Notes: generated from the sequence alone by a model not told the origin. A stretch of DNA of 64,000 nucleotides from Cyanobacteriota bacterium (GCA_022703625.1 JAKLDH010000002.1:1462-65461), one strand, 5' to 3'; counted from the stretch's first letter, positions 1-10,058 are shown. Numbers and translations: made by a program.

Positions 1-168
1 AAATGTACGGTCATAGCTCACAGGTATATGCTTTCCTGTGGCTGTTTTATAGCATCTTTTCTCATTATGATTATGCAGTCCCATTGTTTTTGACCTTGCA
101 GATGCTAAATCACATGTAAACAAACTAAAAATAGTAAATAATACCAATAAAAGAGTGTATTTTTTCAT
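1..168 (-). CDS. lipoprotein-like hypothetical protein, N-terminal part only (gene runs off left edge)
   Basis: ATG at 168..166. Translation by eye gives MKKYTLLLVLFTIFSLFTCDLASARSK..., a signal peptide with lipobox-like LFTC. The frame is open to position 1. The ORF is below the ORF-track size cutoff. Confidence 0.35.
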   Translation of the reverse strand, partial: MKKYTLLLVLFTIFSLFTCDLASARSKTMGLHNHNEKRCYKTATGKHIPVSYDRTF

Positions 169-221
169 AATTAATATCCTCATATTATTAAACTAACTGA
201 CAAATAGGGATTCGTCAGGGT

Positions 222-641
222 TTAAATTATGAGGACAACTGTTTTAAGAGCATTTAAATTATTACAAGCTATTGGCTTATAATCAGGTAAAAATATATTA
301 TTTTCAGTAACATTAAAATCTATTTCTATGGCATTAAAGTCAGAAATGTCAGCTATAATATCATTAAGTTGGTTTTGGTTATATGTAATTGTTTGATTCA
401 AATTCTTAGCTTTAACAAAGAAATCCTGGCATTCGTTGCAACTCTGAACATTAAAGATTGCATTTTCCTCTAAATTATTAATTAAATCACTACAGCAACT
501 TTCAAATCCAAGTATATTAAGTCCTATATGATTGTCAGAACCGGAACAAAAAGCAACTGCGCTAAGATTACCTGCACCAAGCAGCAGGTAAAAACCTAAA
601 CATATCCATATTATGAACTTTTTGTACATACCGATTTTCAT
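222..641 (-). CDS. secreted hypothetical protein with scattered Cys motifs (CC, CNEC)
   Basis: 139-aa ORF with an N-terminal hydrophobic signal-like segment (FIIWICLGFYLLLGAGNLSAVA) and Cys pairs. No recognisable family. Confidence 0.5.
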   Translation of the reverse strand: MKIGMYKKFIIWICLGFYLLLGAGNLSAVAFCSGSDNHIGLNILGFESCCSDLINNLEENAIFNVQSCNECQDFFVKAKNLNQTITYNQNQLNDIIADISDFNAIEIDFNVTENNIFLPDYKPIACNNLNALKTVVLII

Positions 642-938
642 TGGAATTTTTTACATCTAGTTTAGCTTATATTAGAATTATGTTATATTATATGATTTTT
701 GTCCACAGGATATTTGTTTCTTAATGTAAAATTAAAGCTTTGGAATGTCCACAAAACTGCATTAGTTACCAGCACCAAAACCAAGAATGCCAAAAACAAA
801 AACCTGAACAAATAAAAAATAACATTCCTTTCCTCCATTTTCTATTACAACTAACGACCATTAAATTATTTATACCATATTTTTTTATAAACAAAAAATG
901 GTGTACAATTTTTATTAATTGTTAATTACGGGTGTGGA

Positions 939-1358
939 ATGGCTTTGGCGAAAGGTTTATATAGGTTTTCGATAATATCATTTATGATGGTATTGCAGTT
1001 TGCCTTAATAACTTCAGGTTTATCTGCTCCCTTATGCTGCCATAATTTCTCAGCAAAAGCTGATATTATGAATCAGGAATGTGCCTGCTGTCAAAATACA
1101 TTGATTAATTTTAATCAGCAGGAGTGTCCTTATTGCAAGGAAGGATGCGTTTGTAAACACCATAAAAAGCGGAGTAAACAAATCCCTGCCCCATTAGCAC
1201 AGATTTTTTCGATTTTAGAAGAAATATCTTATGCTGGTATTTATGTAATACCTTCTGCCTTGCATAGAGAAAAAGAGTGTTTTAAGAATTTTATACGGAC
1301 ATATACGCCAAAAAGCAATAAACTCGATATTTTGCGAACTATTGTGATGCTGAACTAA
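939..1358 (+). CDS. Cys-rich hypothetical protein (CC, CxCC, CxxC, CxC motifs), putative metal-binding
   Basis: 139-aa ORF with a hydrophobic N-terminus and motifs PLCCH, ECACCQ, CPYCKEGCVCKHH. It lies upstream of the Cys-repeat protein and copA. Confidence 0.5.
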   Translation: MALAKGLYRFSIISFMMVLQFALITSGLSAPLCCHNFSAKADIMNQECACCQNTLINFNQQECPYCKEGCVCKHHKKRSKQIPAPLAQIFSILEEISYAGIYVIPSALHREKECFKNFIRTYTPKSNKLDILRTIVMLN

Positions 1359-1432
1359 AAAGCAGGAGAGATTAACCGTTTAATTTATTTTTTATAGTTC
1401 AGTAATTAGAAAATTTAGAAAGGAAAATTTAA

Positions 1433-1822
1433 ATGAAAAATAAGTCATTAATTATTGCTTTAGTATTTGTTTTAACAGTTATGGCAGGATTTATCCTTGC
1501 AGAAAAAAGTTTTGCTTGTACAGACTGTGCGAAAAACGTTAAATGTGAAAAATGCGTAAATGGCTGCAATGATAATTGCCAAGCCTGCGAAAAGTGCAGG
1601 GAACATTGCTCCAATTGTCAAACCTGTATAGACAAAGGCTGCACACAATGTGCTGATTGCGTTCAATGCTGCCCAAACTGTGAACAGTGTAATTGTTGCG
1701 AAAAATGCGCTGAACATTGCTCCAAGTGTCAGGTATGTCAGGAAAAAGGCTGCAGCCAGTGTGAAGAATGCGTAGAATGCTGCGAAGATGGTAATGATTG
1801 TTGCCAAAACTGCAATAAATAA
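1433..1822 (+). CDS. secreted cysteine-repeat (metallothionein-like) protein
   Basis: 129-aa ORF with a signal peptide (LIIALVFVLTVMAGFILA). I counted 32 Cys, mostly as CxxC. It has an internal tandem repeat (CEKCREHCSNCQTCIDKGCTQCADCVQCC / CEKCAEHCSKCQVCQEKGCSQCEECVECC). An RBS aaagga lies upstream. The gene sits directly upstream of copA. Confidence 0.75.
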   Translation: MKNKSLIIALVFVLTVMAGFILAEKSFACTDCAKNVKCEKCVNGCNDNCQACEKCREHCSNCQTCIDKGCTQCADCVQCCPNCEQCNCCEKCAEHCSKCQVCQEKGCSQCEECVECCEDGNDCCQNCNK

Positions 1823-1841
1823 TAGATAGCTGAATATCGGG

Positions 1842-1871
1842 GAGGGGTTACTTAATGTAATCCCTCTTTTT
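1842..1871 (+). terminator. rho-independent terminator after the Cys-repeat gene
   Basis: Stem GAGGGGTTAC (1842-1851) / GTAATCCCTC (1857-1866, with one G:T pair), loop ttaat, then TTTTT (1867-1871). Confidence 0.6.
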
Positions 1872-1948
1872 AATGAGCTAATTGCCCATCTCTATATTTT
1901 TTTAATTTATATTCTTGAGATAATAAATTAAAAAGGGAGAAGTTAAAA

Positions 1949-4126
1949 ATGACAAAAACAACTGTTAAATTGAATATAAGAGGCATGAGCTGCGCCGGAT
2001 GTGTAGCCAAAATCGAAAAATCCCTTAATGTAAATAGTGGGATACTTGAATCCAGCGTTAACCTGACATTAAAAAACGCTACAATAATTTATGACAGCGA
2101 TAAAACAAATTTATCCCAGATTAATAAACAAATTTCTGATATTGGATATGAAGCCACGGAAGATGAACCCTCGGAGGAAGACGAGGGTAAGGAGTATAAA
2201 AACCAGAAGAAAAATTTTATGCACAGCTTGATATTAGCCCTTCCCGTCCTTGTAATCAGTATGGCAGGCGTTGATTTTGTTTATAAAAATTACTTAATGA
2301 TGGTATTATCTATCCCTGTAATATTTGTTTTTGGTAGGCAATTTTTTATTGGTCTGTATAAAGGAATTAAAAACAAATCTGCTGATATGAATACATTAAT
2401 TGCTGTTGGTACAGGTGCTGCATTTTTATACAGTGCAGCTGCAACACTATTTCCTGAGTTATTCACTTCTATCGGCATTGAACCTCATGTTTATTATGAA
2501 GTTGCCACAATAATCATCGCCCTGATCCTTATGGGAAGAATGCTTGAAGCTAAAGCAAAAGGTAAAGCATCATCAGCAATTAAAGGATTATTAACCCTGA
2601 GCCCTAAAATAGCCAGAATTATTGAAAATGGGAAAGAAAAAGAAGTTTCAATTGATGATTTAAAGGTAGGGAATATAATTCTTATTCGACCCGGCGAAAA
2701 AATTGCGGTTGACGGTGAAATTATTGAAGGAGCTTCAAGCGTTGACGAGTCGATGATTACCGGTGAAAGTATGCCTGTTGAAAAACATACAGGCGATAAA
2801 GTAATCAGCGCAACGATTAATAAAACAGGCAGTTTTAAATTCAGAGCTACCCAGGTTGGAAAAGATACAACTATTAACCAGATAATAAAACTCGTAGAAA
2901 ACACTCTCGCCTCTAAAGCCCCGATACAAAGGCTTGCTGATACAATTAGCGGGTATTTTGCAATAACAGTAATAGTAATAGCAATAATTACAGGCATAAT
3001 ATGGATGTTTATTAAGCCTGAATTGGCGATTGTCGCATTTGTTTCCGTTCTTATTATTGCCTGTCCCTGCGCATTGGGACTTGCAACGCCGACTGCTGTT
3101 ATGGTAGGCGCAGGATTAGGCGCACAAAGGGGAATATTGATTAAAAACATTGAAAGTCTTGAGATAGCAAATAAAATAGACACTGTTGTTTTTGATAAGA
3201 CAGGAACTATAACTAAAGGAGAAATGCAGGTTGCTGATATTTATACAAATATTGATGAAAAAGAACTGCTTTATTACGCAGCATCAGCAGAGAGCCTGTC
3301 AGAACATCCTATTTCTATTGCAATAGTGCAAAAAACAAAAGATAAAAATATACAACTTACAAAACCGGAAAATTTTGCGTCGGAATCAGGGCTTGGAATT
3401 ACTGCTAATATTGATTCAAGACAAGTTATAATAGGCAATAAGGGTTTTCTAAATAATAATTGGATTAATACAGATGAGTTCTCCGACAGGATTGATGAAT
3501 CTTTAAGCAAGGGACAGACTGCAATTATGGTTGCATATGACAGTGCTGCTAAAGGAATAATTGGTATTTCAGATACTATAAAGCCTGATTCAGCAGATGC
3601 TGTTAAAAAATTAAACTCAATGGGTATTAAAACAATTATGCTGACAGGGGATAACCCTAAAAGTGCGGCTGCAATAGCAGAAAAAGTAAGTATTAAAGAA
3701 TACATAGCCGAGGTTTTACCACAGGACAAGGCTAAAAAAGTAAAAGAACTGCAAGAAAAAGGCAATAAAGTTGCTATGGTAGGCGACGGGATTAACGATG
3801 CCCCCGCTTTAATTCAGGCGGATGTTGGTATTGCAATAGGCACTGGAACAGACATTGCAATAGAATCATCTGATATAACCCTTATCAAAGGAAGCCTGAA
3901 AGATGTTGCTGAATCTATAATATTATCAAAGCAAACTATAAAAACAATCAGACAGAATCTTTTCTTTGCGTTTATTTACAATGTTCTGGGTATTCCAATT
4001 GCAGCAGGGGTTCTTTATCCGTTTTTTGGGATTTTATTAAACCCGATGATTGCGGCAGCAGCAATGTCCTTAAGCTCTGTATCGGTTGTTACAAACAGCT
4101 TAAGACTTAAAAATATAAAATTTTAA
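1949..4126 (+). CDS. copA: copper-translocating P1B-type ATPase
   Basis: 725 aa. N-terminal HMA domain GMSCAGC, TM CPC motif ([13 protein letters not shown]), phosphorylation site FDKTGTIT, hinge [10 protein letters not shown], and TGES (ITGESMP). RBS aaggga. Confidence 0.95.
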   Translation: MTKTTVKLNIRGMSCAGCVAKIEKSLNVNSGILESSVNLTLKNATIIYDSDKTNLSQINKQISDIGYEATEDEPSEEDEGKEYKNQKKNFMHSLILALPVLVISMAGVDFVYKNYLMMVLSIPVIFVFGRQFFIGLYKGIKNKSADMNTLIAVGTGAAFLYSAAATLFPELFTSIGIEPHVYYEVATIIIALILMGRMLEAKAKGKASSAIKGLLTLSPKIARIIENGKEKEVSIDDLKVGNIILIRPGEKIAVDGEIIEGASSVDESMITGESMPVEKHTGDKVISATINKTGSFKFRATQVGKDTTINQIIKLVENTLASKAPIQRLADTISGYFAITVIVIAIITGIIWMFIKPELAIVAFVSVLIIACPCALGLATPTAVMVGAGLGAQRGILIKNIESLEIANKIDTVVFDKTGTITKGEMQVADIYTNIDEKELLYYAASAESLSEHPISIAIVQKTKDKNIQLTKPENFASESGLGITANIDSRQVIIGNKGFLNNNWINTDEFSDRIDESLSKGQTAIMVAYDSAAKGIIGISDTIKPDSADAVKKLNSMGIKTIMLTGDNPKSAAAIAEKVSIKEYIAEVLPQDKAKKVKELQEKGNKVAMVGDGINDAPALIQADVGIAIGTGTDIAIESSDITLIKGSLKDVAESIILSKQTIKTIRQNLFFAFIYNVLGIPIAAGVLYPFFGILLNPMIAAAAMSLSSVSVVTNSLRLKNIKF

Positions 4127-4130
4127 TAGA

Positions 4131-4478
4131 TTATTCACTTTGTTCAGGTTGCTCAGGCATATTTTGCATCATCCCGCCTCGCATCCGTCCGGGCATTTGT
4201 CCGGGCTGCATTTGTTGTTTCTGTTGCATCATTTGGCGCATCATCGGACACTGGAACTCGACAGGTAACCTGCCTGTCTGCATATAATTTATCCATTGAA
4301 AACAAATCATTCCGGCGATTATTACTGCATAAATAATTAAAATCCATCCAAAAACTGCTCCAACTATTTTTTTCCAATTCTCTTCTTTTGTAGCAGCAGT
4401 TATGAGCCAGTAGCCTACGCCAAAACCTATTGCGATAATAATAAATTCCAATAGTGCGAACATTAATGTAGCTAACAT
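4131..4478 (-). CDS. small membrane protein with Met/Gln-rich C-terminal tail (putative Cu(I)-binding)
   Basis: Start moved to the internal ATG at 4478, which is preceded by AGGAGG. Two or three hydrophobic helices, then CPMMRQMMQQKQQMQPGQMPGRMRGGMMQNMP. Convergent with copA with a 4-nt gap. Confidence 0.6.
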   Translation of the reverse strand: MLATLMFALLEFIIIAIGFGVGYWLITAATKEENWKKIVGAVFGWILIIYAVIIAGMICFQWINYMQTGRLPVEFQCPMMRQMMQQKQQMQPGQMPGRMRGGMMQNMPEQPEQSE

Positions 4479-4584
4479 CTTTTTCCTCCTGTAGTCTGTG
4501 ATTTTAATAAACAATCATAAATATTCTAAAAACAACAGAGCCGGTAGATTGATAAATTTATTAGGAAATAATATCTATTGGGAA

Positions 4585-5307
4585 TTACCTTTGAGCATCT
4601 TTATTTATTACATCGCCCCGCTGACCAGTCTGGAAATTAAACTTGTACTGATAATTATCAAGTTTTTTGATGTCGAGTAGCTCTTCTGGAGGAGTATTTA
4701 GCAATTTTATACTTAAATCATTAGCCAATTTTTCAACTCTATCAAGGTCTTCAGGATTCACGTCCTTGTTTTCTGCTTTTGCCTTGCGAATTTTACTTTC
4801 AAGTTCCGCCTGTTCCTGTGGGAATACACCATCTTTTAAATGTACGCTGTAAGCTTCTCCTGTTGATATTCTCTGGATTATAAATCCATCGCCAATTTCA
4901 GGCTGAATGCTCAATGTTCCAAAGTTAGTTCTTGCGCTTGTCATCATAGATGCAGTATCCACCCAGCAAGGACCGTTTTTTGAAACAACTCTCAAGTCAG
5001 TCCTGTCAATTACTCCATCGGGAAAGAGCCTTTCAAGAACTGCTTTTATCTGGACATAAGAAATAACAAGTCCGTCGCATAAGTGCCCATGGATAAGTGC
5101 AAGGTCTTTAAGCGAAATATCCTTGGTTTTTAATGCATATCTGCCCAATGCACTTTCCGTATCAAGAACATTTATAGGCTGGTTATATTTCGCATTAACT
5201 GCCCACTCTGGATAATACCAGTGTGAAACCAAATTTGATTTCGGTGTACAAGCGGTAATCATTCCTGAAAATAATAATATAATTAATAACAAATTGATTT
5301 TTTTCAC
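4585..5307 (-). CDS. lipoprotein with FmdE-like motif
   Basis: 240 aa with a lipobox (LFSGMITAC). The HGHLCDG motif resembles the HGHxCPG signature of the FmdE domain. Family assignment is by motif only. Confidence 0.5.
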   Translation of the reverse strand: MKKINLLLIILLFSGMITACTPKSNLVSHWYYPEWAVNAKYNQPINVLDTESALGRYALKTKDISLKDLALIHGHLCDGLVISYVQIKAVLERLFPDGVIDRTDLRVVSKNGPCWVDTASMMTSARTNFGTLSIQPEIGDGFIIQRISTGEAYSVHLKDGVFPQEQAELESKIRKAKAENKDVNPEDLDRVEKLANDLSIKLLNTPPEELLDIKKLDNYQYKFNFQTGQRGDVINKDAQR

Positions 5308-5308
5308 C

Positions 5309-5776
5309 TTACTTCCTCTCTACAGGTTGTAATTTGCCGTCAATATTTTCATATTTTCCACATTTTCCTTTTTCTCCTGGTTCGATAATACATTCATTTG
5401 GGCAATTAGGACATTTAACAGTTTTGCCTTCCTGTTTTCTTTGTTCTTGTCTGGTGGGAGGTTTATCCTTTTTTATCAGAATATTATCTATAGCAAAAGC
5501 ACCGGATACAGACAATAAAAGTATAATGCCTACTATTGCGAAAAGCCTTTTTACCTGTTTTCTTACGACATAATAAGGCACTATGTGCAAAACTAGAAAT
5601 ATAAGAAACGGAATTGCCATATATTTATGCAAAGCCCAGGCTGAAGATTTATGCATTAAATGCTCAAATCCGTATTCTTTAACCATTGCATAACCGCTTA
5701 TAAAATAGAAAATTATGAGTAGAAGCAGTAACCAACCTGATATTTTGGCAATTTTTAATAGATTTTTTTTAGTCAC
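5309..5776 (-). CDS. membrane protein with C-terminal Cys cluster (CPNCPNEC...KCGKY)
   Basis: 155 aa with about 4 hydrophobic helices carrying His residues and a soluble Cys-rich tail. It is 1 nt from the downstream gene, so operonic. Confidence 0.55.
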   Translation of the reverse strand: MTKKNLLKIAKISGWLLLLLIIFYFISGYAMVKEYGFEHLMHKSSAWALHKYMAIPFLIFLVLHIVPYYVVRKQVKRLFAIVGIILLLSVSGAFAIDNILIKKDKPPTRQEQRKQEGKTVKCPNCPNECIIEPGEKGKCGKYENIDGKLQPVERK

Positions 5777-5785
5777 TTTAATTCC

Positions 5786-6469
5786 TTACATTGAAAAACC
5801 AAATATATGCGTAGCTACATAAAAGATTCCTGCAAGAATAAATATTACCCCTGTAATCTTTCGCATCCAGAATTCAAATTTTACAAGGCTGTTATAGGCT
5901 TTGCCCACGGAATTCATACTGAACGCAATAATAAACGCAAATAAAATTACCGGCAATCCTGTTCCTATGCCGAAAGCCAGAGGCAATACAAGTTTTGAAT
6001 TGTGCTCTAAAGATAAGGAAATCAGGCTTCCAAAGAAAAGAGCCGCTGATATAGGACAAAACGACAATGCAAAAAGTATCCCAAGCAGCATTGCCCCTAA
6101 AATTCCAAATTTGGATGCTTTATCCTGTAAATTTCCACATGTAACTCCTGCGGAAAAATTTAATTTAATGATTCCAAGCAGGATTATTCCTACTATAATC
6201 AGGACAGGCCCTAAAATTATGCCCATATATTCCTGAAGGAAAGTTGCCACAGCGGGAACTGACAAAAGCCCCGCCACAATTAACATACCTACAAGCACAT
6301 AACTGAGCACCCTGCCAAATGTGTACAGGAATCCTGATAAAACTGTTCTGTAAGGGCAAGTTACATTCTTTCCTATATAAGAAACAGCAGCTATATTAGT
6401 TGCAAGCGGACAAGGGCTAATTGAAGTTAATATACCGAGCCATAGGGCTGATAACATTGCTAAAAGCAT
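5786..6469 (-). CDS. CcdA/DsbD-family transmembrane thiol-disulfide electron transporter (possibly ArsG-like)
   Basis: 227 aa, polytopic. Conserved TM cysteines are in SISPCPLATN and LSFCPISAALFFG, typical of the DsbD_2/CcdA family. It is paired with the upstream Trx-like gene. Confidence 0.8.
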   Translation of the reverse strand: MLLAMLSALWLGILTSISPCPLATNIAAVSYIGKNVTCPYRTVLSGFLYTFGRVLSYVLVGMLIVAGLLSVPAVATFLQEYMGIILGPVLIIVGIILLGIIKLNFSAGVTCGNLQDKASKFGILGAMLLGILFALSFCPISAALFFGSLISLSLEHNSKLVLPLAFGIGTGLPVILFAFIIAFSMNSVGKAYNSLVKFEFWMRKITGVIFILAGIFYVATHIFGFSM

Positions 6470-6474
6470 CTTTA

Positions 6475-6927
6475 TTACTCCATAATTTTATTAATTTCTT
6501 TAGTAATATATTGCTTAAATTCACCCTCATTACCCAGCTTTGTCCATATTTTATCCAGGTTTTTTGATTGTATTTCTTTACCAGCATTAATTTTTGACAG
6601 GACAACAGACTTTGTATAAAGCCCATAATCTTTAAAATAATGCTTATTATTTACTTCATCAAGATTTACAGCTTTATAGATAACTTTGCTGTTGTTTAAA
6701 GCATTTACCGCCTCCTGAGTAAATTTTTCAATTTTTTGACAGCTTACGCATCTTGGCTTTGCATAAAAATAATAAACAGTTATGCCATCCTGCATTTTAA
6801 CTTCCGATTTTACCGGCACAATATTCTTTACAGGCGTTTTTTCCGGTTTATCCCAGGGAAAAGTGAACCCCATAAGTAATAATGCCGGGATAATCAAAAG
6901 CCCTGATAATAAAATTCTTCTAACCAT
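6475..6927 (-). CDS. membrane-anchored thioredoxin-like protein (CVSC), possibly ArsF-like
   Basis: 150 aa with an N-terminal anchor LLSGLLIIPALLLMGF and a CxxC motif (PRCVSCQKIE) in a Trx-fold-like context. The gap to the CcdA-like gene is 5 nt. Confidence 0.65.
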   Translation of the reverse strand: MVRRILLSGLLIIPALLLMGFTFPWDKPEKTPVKNIVPVKSEVKMQDGITVYYFYAKPRCVSCQKIEKFTQEAVNALNNSKVIYKAVNLDEVNNKHYFKDYGLYTKSVVLSKINAGKEIQSKNLDKIWTKLGNEGEFKQYITKEINKIME

Positions 6928-6991
6928 TTAATACCTCCTCCGAAAATTTTGATTAATAATATTATGAGCTTATTTCTTTAATATTTCTAAT

Positions 6992-7312
6992 TTAGCAACA
7001 GCCACCGCAATCACAAGAATTTTTATTTGGCGCGCAATTTATATCACAAGAATTTTTATCTGAACAGCATTCTTCATTTGCTGATAAATATCCTTTGATT
7101 TCATCAACGGACGGGACTTTTCCCGAAATTTTCACCTTTCCGTCAACCGCCAAAGCAGGTGTCATCATTACTCCAAAATTCATAATCTCGGTAATATCTT
7201 TCACCTTTTCAATTTCAAACTCAATTCCGAGTTCTTTTGCAGCTTTTTCTGCTGCTTCGGCTAATTTTTCACATTTGGGACAGCCTGTTCCTAAAATTTG
7301 TATTTTTTTCAT
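6992..7312 (-). CDS. thioredoxin-fold redox-active disulfide protein with Cys-rich C-terminal tail
   Basis: [17 protein letters not shown]... is the small glutaredoxin-like/Trx family signature. An extra tail reads EECCSDKNSCDINCAPNKNSCDCGGCC. Its start overlaps the arsC stop (ATGA). Confidence 0.8.
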   Translation of the reverse strand: MKKIQILGTGCPKCEKLAEAAEKAAKELGIEFEIEKVKDITEIMNFGVMMTPALAVDGKVKISGKVPSVDEIKGYLSANEECCSDKNSCDINCAPNKNSCDCGGCC

Positions 7313-7731
7313 TGTTTTCCTCCTTTTTTAAAGTAACTATGTATTTTATCTTTAATCTGATCCCTGACTTCCGTAAACGCTTTTAATAATTCTTCCTGAG
7401 TTCCAATTGCTTCGGCAGGGTCAAAAAAGCTCCAGTGAAGCCTCTCTGCCTTTCCGGGGAATATCGGGCAGGATTCTTTTGCGTTATCACACACTGTTAT
7501 TATTATGTCGAAAGTTTGATTAATGTATTCGTTAACCGATTTAGAAGTATGATTAGATATATCAATTCCTATTTCTTTCATTACTTTTATGGCATTGGGA
7601 TTAACCTCTGTAGGATTTACTCCTGCTGAATACACATCATATTTATCACCATAAAATTGACGCATTAATCCCTCCGCCATTTGTGAACGGCAGGAATTGC
7701 CCGTGCATAAGAATAAGACTCTCTTTTTCAT
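7309..7731 (-). CDS. arsC: arsenate reductase, LMW-PTPase (thioredoxin-coupled) type
   Basis: 140 aa. P-loop [14 protein letters not shown] (CX5R) plus downstream Cys pair [15 protein letters not shown] overlap with acr3. Confidence 0.92.
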   Translation of the reverse strand: MKKRVLFLCTGNSCRSQMAEGLMRQFYGDKYDVYSAGVNPTEVNPNAIKVMKEIGIDISNHTSKSVNEYINQTFDIIITVCDNAKESCPIFPGKAERLHWSFFDPAEAIGTQEELLKAFTEVRDQIKDKIHSYFKKGGKQ

Positions 7732-8783
7732 GCTCCAACTCCTGTAAAATATTTTTGCTCAAACCATTTTGATAGGTTTACCAGATTAACCAGCACAGGC
7801 ACTTCGACAAGTGGACCGATAACAGCAGCAAACGCAACACCAGAGCCTATACCAAAAACCGCTACCGCTACGGCTATTGCCAGTTCAAAATTATTACTTG
7901 CAGCAGTAAAAGATAATGCGGTTGATTTTGGATAACCTTCTTTGAGCTTTATACTCAGGAAAAAGCTGAGTAAAAACATTACAACAAAATAAATAAGCAG
8001 TGGTATAGCTATTTTAATCACATCAAAGGGGATTTGTACGATTAAATTACCTTTCAGGCTGAACATTACAACAATTGTAAATAATAAGGCTATAAGCGTT
8101 ATAGGACTGATTGCAGGTATCAGCTTGTTTGAATACCAATCAAATCCCTTGAATTTTATTGCGGTATAACGTGTGATTATTCCTGCTATAAATGGAATTC
8201 CAAGATAAATAAACACACTTTCAGCAACAAGTCGGGGGTCAACGTTGACAATACTGCCCTCAAGACCTATTAATGGAGGAAGTATGGTTATAAAGAACCA
8301 CGCATATACGCTGTAAAAGATAATTTGAAAAATACTGTTAAACGCCACAAGTCCTGCACAGTATTCCCCATCGCCATCAGCCAGAGTGTTCCAAACTATA
8401 ACCATCGCAATACAGCGGGCAATACCGATTAAAATCAAACCCACCATGTACTCAGGCTGTCCTGATAGAAAAGTTATGGCAAGCAGGAACATTAAAATTG
8501 GACCTATTATCCAGTTAAGGAACAATGAAAGCCCTAAAACTTTAATATCTTTAAAAACAAGCGGCAAATCCTCATATTTAACCTTGGCAAGAGGAGGATA
8601 CATCATTAAAATTAAGCCAATAGCAATAGGAATATTAGTTGTCCCAACCTGAAATTTATTTATAAATTCTTCAGTTCCCGGAATAAAATATCCCAAACCA
8701 ATGCCTAATGCCATTGCAAGAAATATCCATAATGTCAGGTTTCTATCAAGAAAATTTAATCCGCAGGTTGCTTTTTTATGCAT
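7728..8783 (-). CDS. acr3: arsenite efflux transporter, ACR3 family
   Basis: 351 aa, about 10 TM helices, with the conserved GIARCIAMV motif. Operon context with arsC/arsR/arsA. Confidence 0.9.
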   Translation of the reverse strand: MHKKATCGLNFLDRNLTLWIFLAMALGIGLGYFIPGTEEFINKFQVGTTNIPIAIGLILMMYPPLAKVKYEDLPLVFKDIKVLGLSLFLNWIIGPILMFLLAITFLSGQPEYMVGLILIGIARCIAMVIVWNTLADGDGEYCAGLVAFNSIFQIIFYSVYAWFFITILPPLIGLEGSIVNVDPRLVAESVFIYLGIPFIAGIITRYTAIKFKGFDWYSNKLIPAISPITLIALLFTIVVMFSLKGNLIVQIPFDVIKIAIPLLIYFVVMFLLSFFLSIKLKEGYPKSTALSFTAASNNFELAIAVAVAVFGIGSGVAFAAVIGPLVEVPVLVNLVNLSKWFEQKYFTGVGA

Positions 8784-8808
8784 TTATTTTTCTCCTCTTA
8801 CACTACAT

Positions 8809-9108
8809 CTAACAACACTTGCCGCTTTTACCATTAGAGCAATCGCAGGTAGGTTCAGTTCCCATTAATTTGCCCATAATAATAGCGTATGCGCAACCGA
8901 CTCCTGTTTTAACTTCGATTGCGCCAGCCGGACAATTTTTTGCGCATGCTCCGCATTCCATACAGGAATCCTTATCAATAATTTCTGCTTTGCTTCCCTT
9001 TATATCAAATACTCTGTGCGGGCAAACGTTCACGCACATTCCACAACCAACACACTTGTCAGGCATATATTTTAGGGTTGAAACATTCTTTAAATATTTA
9101 TTTTTCAT
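8809..9108 (-). CDS. hgcB: HgcB-like 2x[4Fe-4S] ferredoxin with C-terminal Cys pair
   Basis: Start chosen at ATG 9108, which forms an ATGA overlap with the upstream stop. Clusters CVGCGMCVNVCP and CMECGACAKNCP, then GVGCAYAII...EPTCDCSNGKSGKCC-end, matching the HgcB architecture. Confidence 0.75.
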   Translation of the reverse strand: MKNKYLKNVSTLKYMPDKCVGCGMCVNVCPHRVFDIKGSKAEIIDKDSCMECGACAKNCPAGAIEVKTGVGCAYAIIMGKLMGTEPTCDCSNGKSGKCC

Positions 9109-10058
9109 AATATTATTACCCCCACGCATATAGATAAAATAATTGAAGGAACAGCGTATTGCATTTCCTTTATCACGCCTGAAAATGATGTATAAGTTGA
9201 TGCTCCTGTAAAATTCATTGCATAAAATGCGGACATGGCAGGAAAAACAAGCAAATAGCCTAAGTCATGCAATAAATTCTCTCCCGGTAAAAACAGGCTT
9301 GCCATAATAAGTCCCAATAACCAGCCTTTAAATGCAAAAGCCCTGCCCGGAATCCATGGCAATAAAACCGGAGTAAGAACACACCCTGCGATTAAAGCGC
9401 CTAAATAAGCATACAAATCTTTTATCCCAAAATGCTTAATCCCTATAAAATTTAGCAAGAAAAGCAATAGTAAAACAATGATAGAAGGTTTTATAGCGGC
9501 TGTTAATTCCAGTGGTGTTAAAACCAGACGGTCAATCATATTAAATTGCACTGTCCGCATTTCTTTTGTTGCTTTCATCCCTGCATTAATAAATTCTTTT
9601 ATGTCCTTTGCCCTAACAGGTCCATAAGTCACCTTAAAACCTGAATCTTTTAAAACTTCATGTGCGGATATTCCTACTGCTCCCAGTTGTGGAACTATAA
9701 TTGATTTATGGGAAACAACCTCAGCTAATTTCACCTCGGCAATACGGTTAACAAGCTCATTTGTGGCAAAAGTTCCTTTTGCAGCAGCACACCATACATT
9801 GATTCCTTTAGTATCAAGCACAAGTATCCATGCATTCAGGTCTTGAAGTTCTTTTCTAAGGGTATCAACGGTCAACTTGTAGTTTGCTGTAACGAGAACA
9901 GGCGAGTTGGAATCGGGGTTTCCAACAGCATATAATCCCGGAGTTAGTATATAACTCATCCTGTTTATGCCCCAGCGAGCTTTCCACGAATTTACAACAT
10001 CGCTAAAGGTTAATTGGGTTGAAATTTGAGGGATATTTTTATTAGAAAAATGTACCAT
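9105..10058 (-). CDS. hgcA: HgcA-like corrinoid protein (cap-helix NVWCAAAKG) with C-terminal transmembrane domain
   Basis: 317 aa. The N-terminal soluble half reads GLYAVGNP..SPVLVTANYKLT...LDTKGINVWCAAAKGTF. The C-terminal half has several hydrophobic helices. Cap-helix codons lie at 9777-9800. The gene overlaps the upstream permease by 17 nt. Confidence 0.75.
   Translation of the reverse strand: MVHFSNKNIPQISTQLTFSDVVNSWKARWGINRMSYILTPGLYAVGNPDSNSPVLVTANYKLTVDTLRKELQDLNAWILVLDTKGINVWCAAAKGTFATNELVNRIAEVKLAEVVSHKSIIVPQLGAVGISAHEVLKDSGFKVTYGPVRAKDIKEFINAGMKATKEMRTVQFNMIDRLVLTPLELTAAIKPSIIVLLLLFLLNFIGIKHFGIKDLYAYLGALIAGCVLTPVLLPWIPGRAFAFKGWLLGLIMASLFLPGENLLHDLGYLLVFPAMSAFYAMNFTGASTYTSFSGVIKEMQYAVPSIILSICVGVIIL

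Noticed and set aside
740-925. 61-aa plus-strand ORF, and a possible 51-aa minus-strand membrane ORF (about 684-838), in the gap between the two Cys-protein genes.
   Set aside because: No RBS, no recognisable features and no paralog support. They are left unannotated.
1472-1807. 111-aa ORF antisense to the Cys-repeat gene. The same applies to similar shadow ORFs inside strong genes, e.g. 2494..3183, 3274..3765, 5901..6236, 8819..9133, 12909..13184, 13903..14253, 29771..30610, 30677..31003, 39941..40345 and 56081..56398.
   Set aside because: All lie fully antisense to, or out of frame within, genes with clear family motifs. They have low-complexity composition and lack RBSs. They are typical shadow ORFs of AT-rich or repetitive coding sequence.
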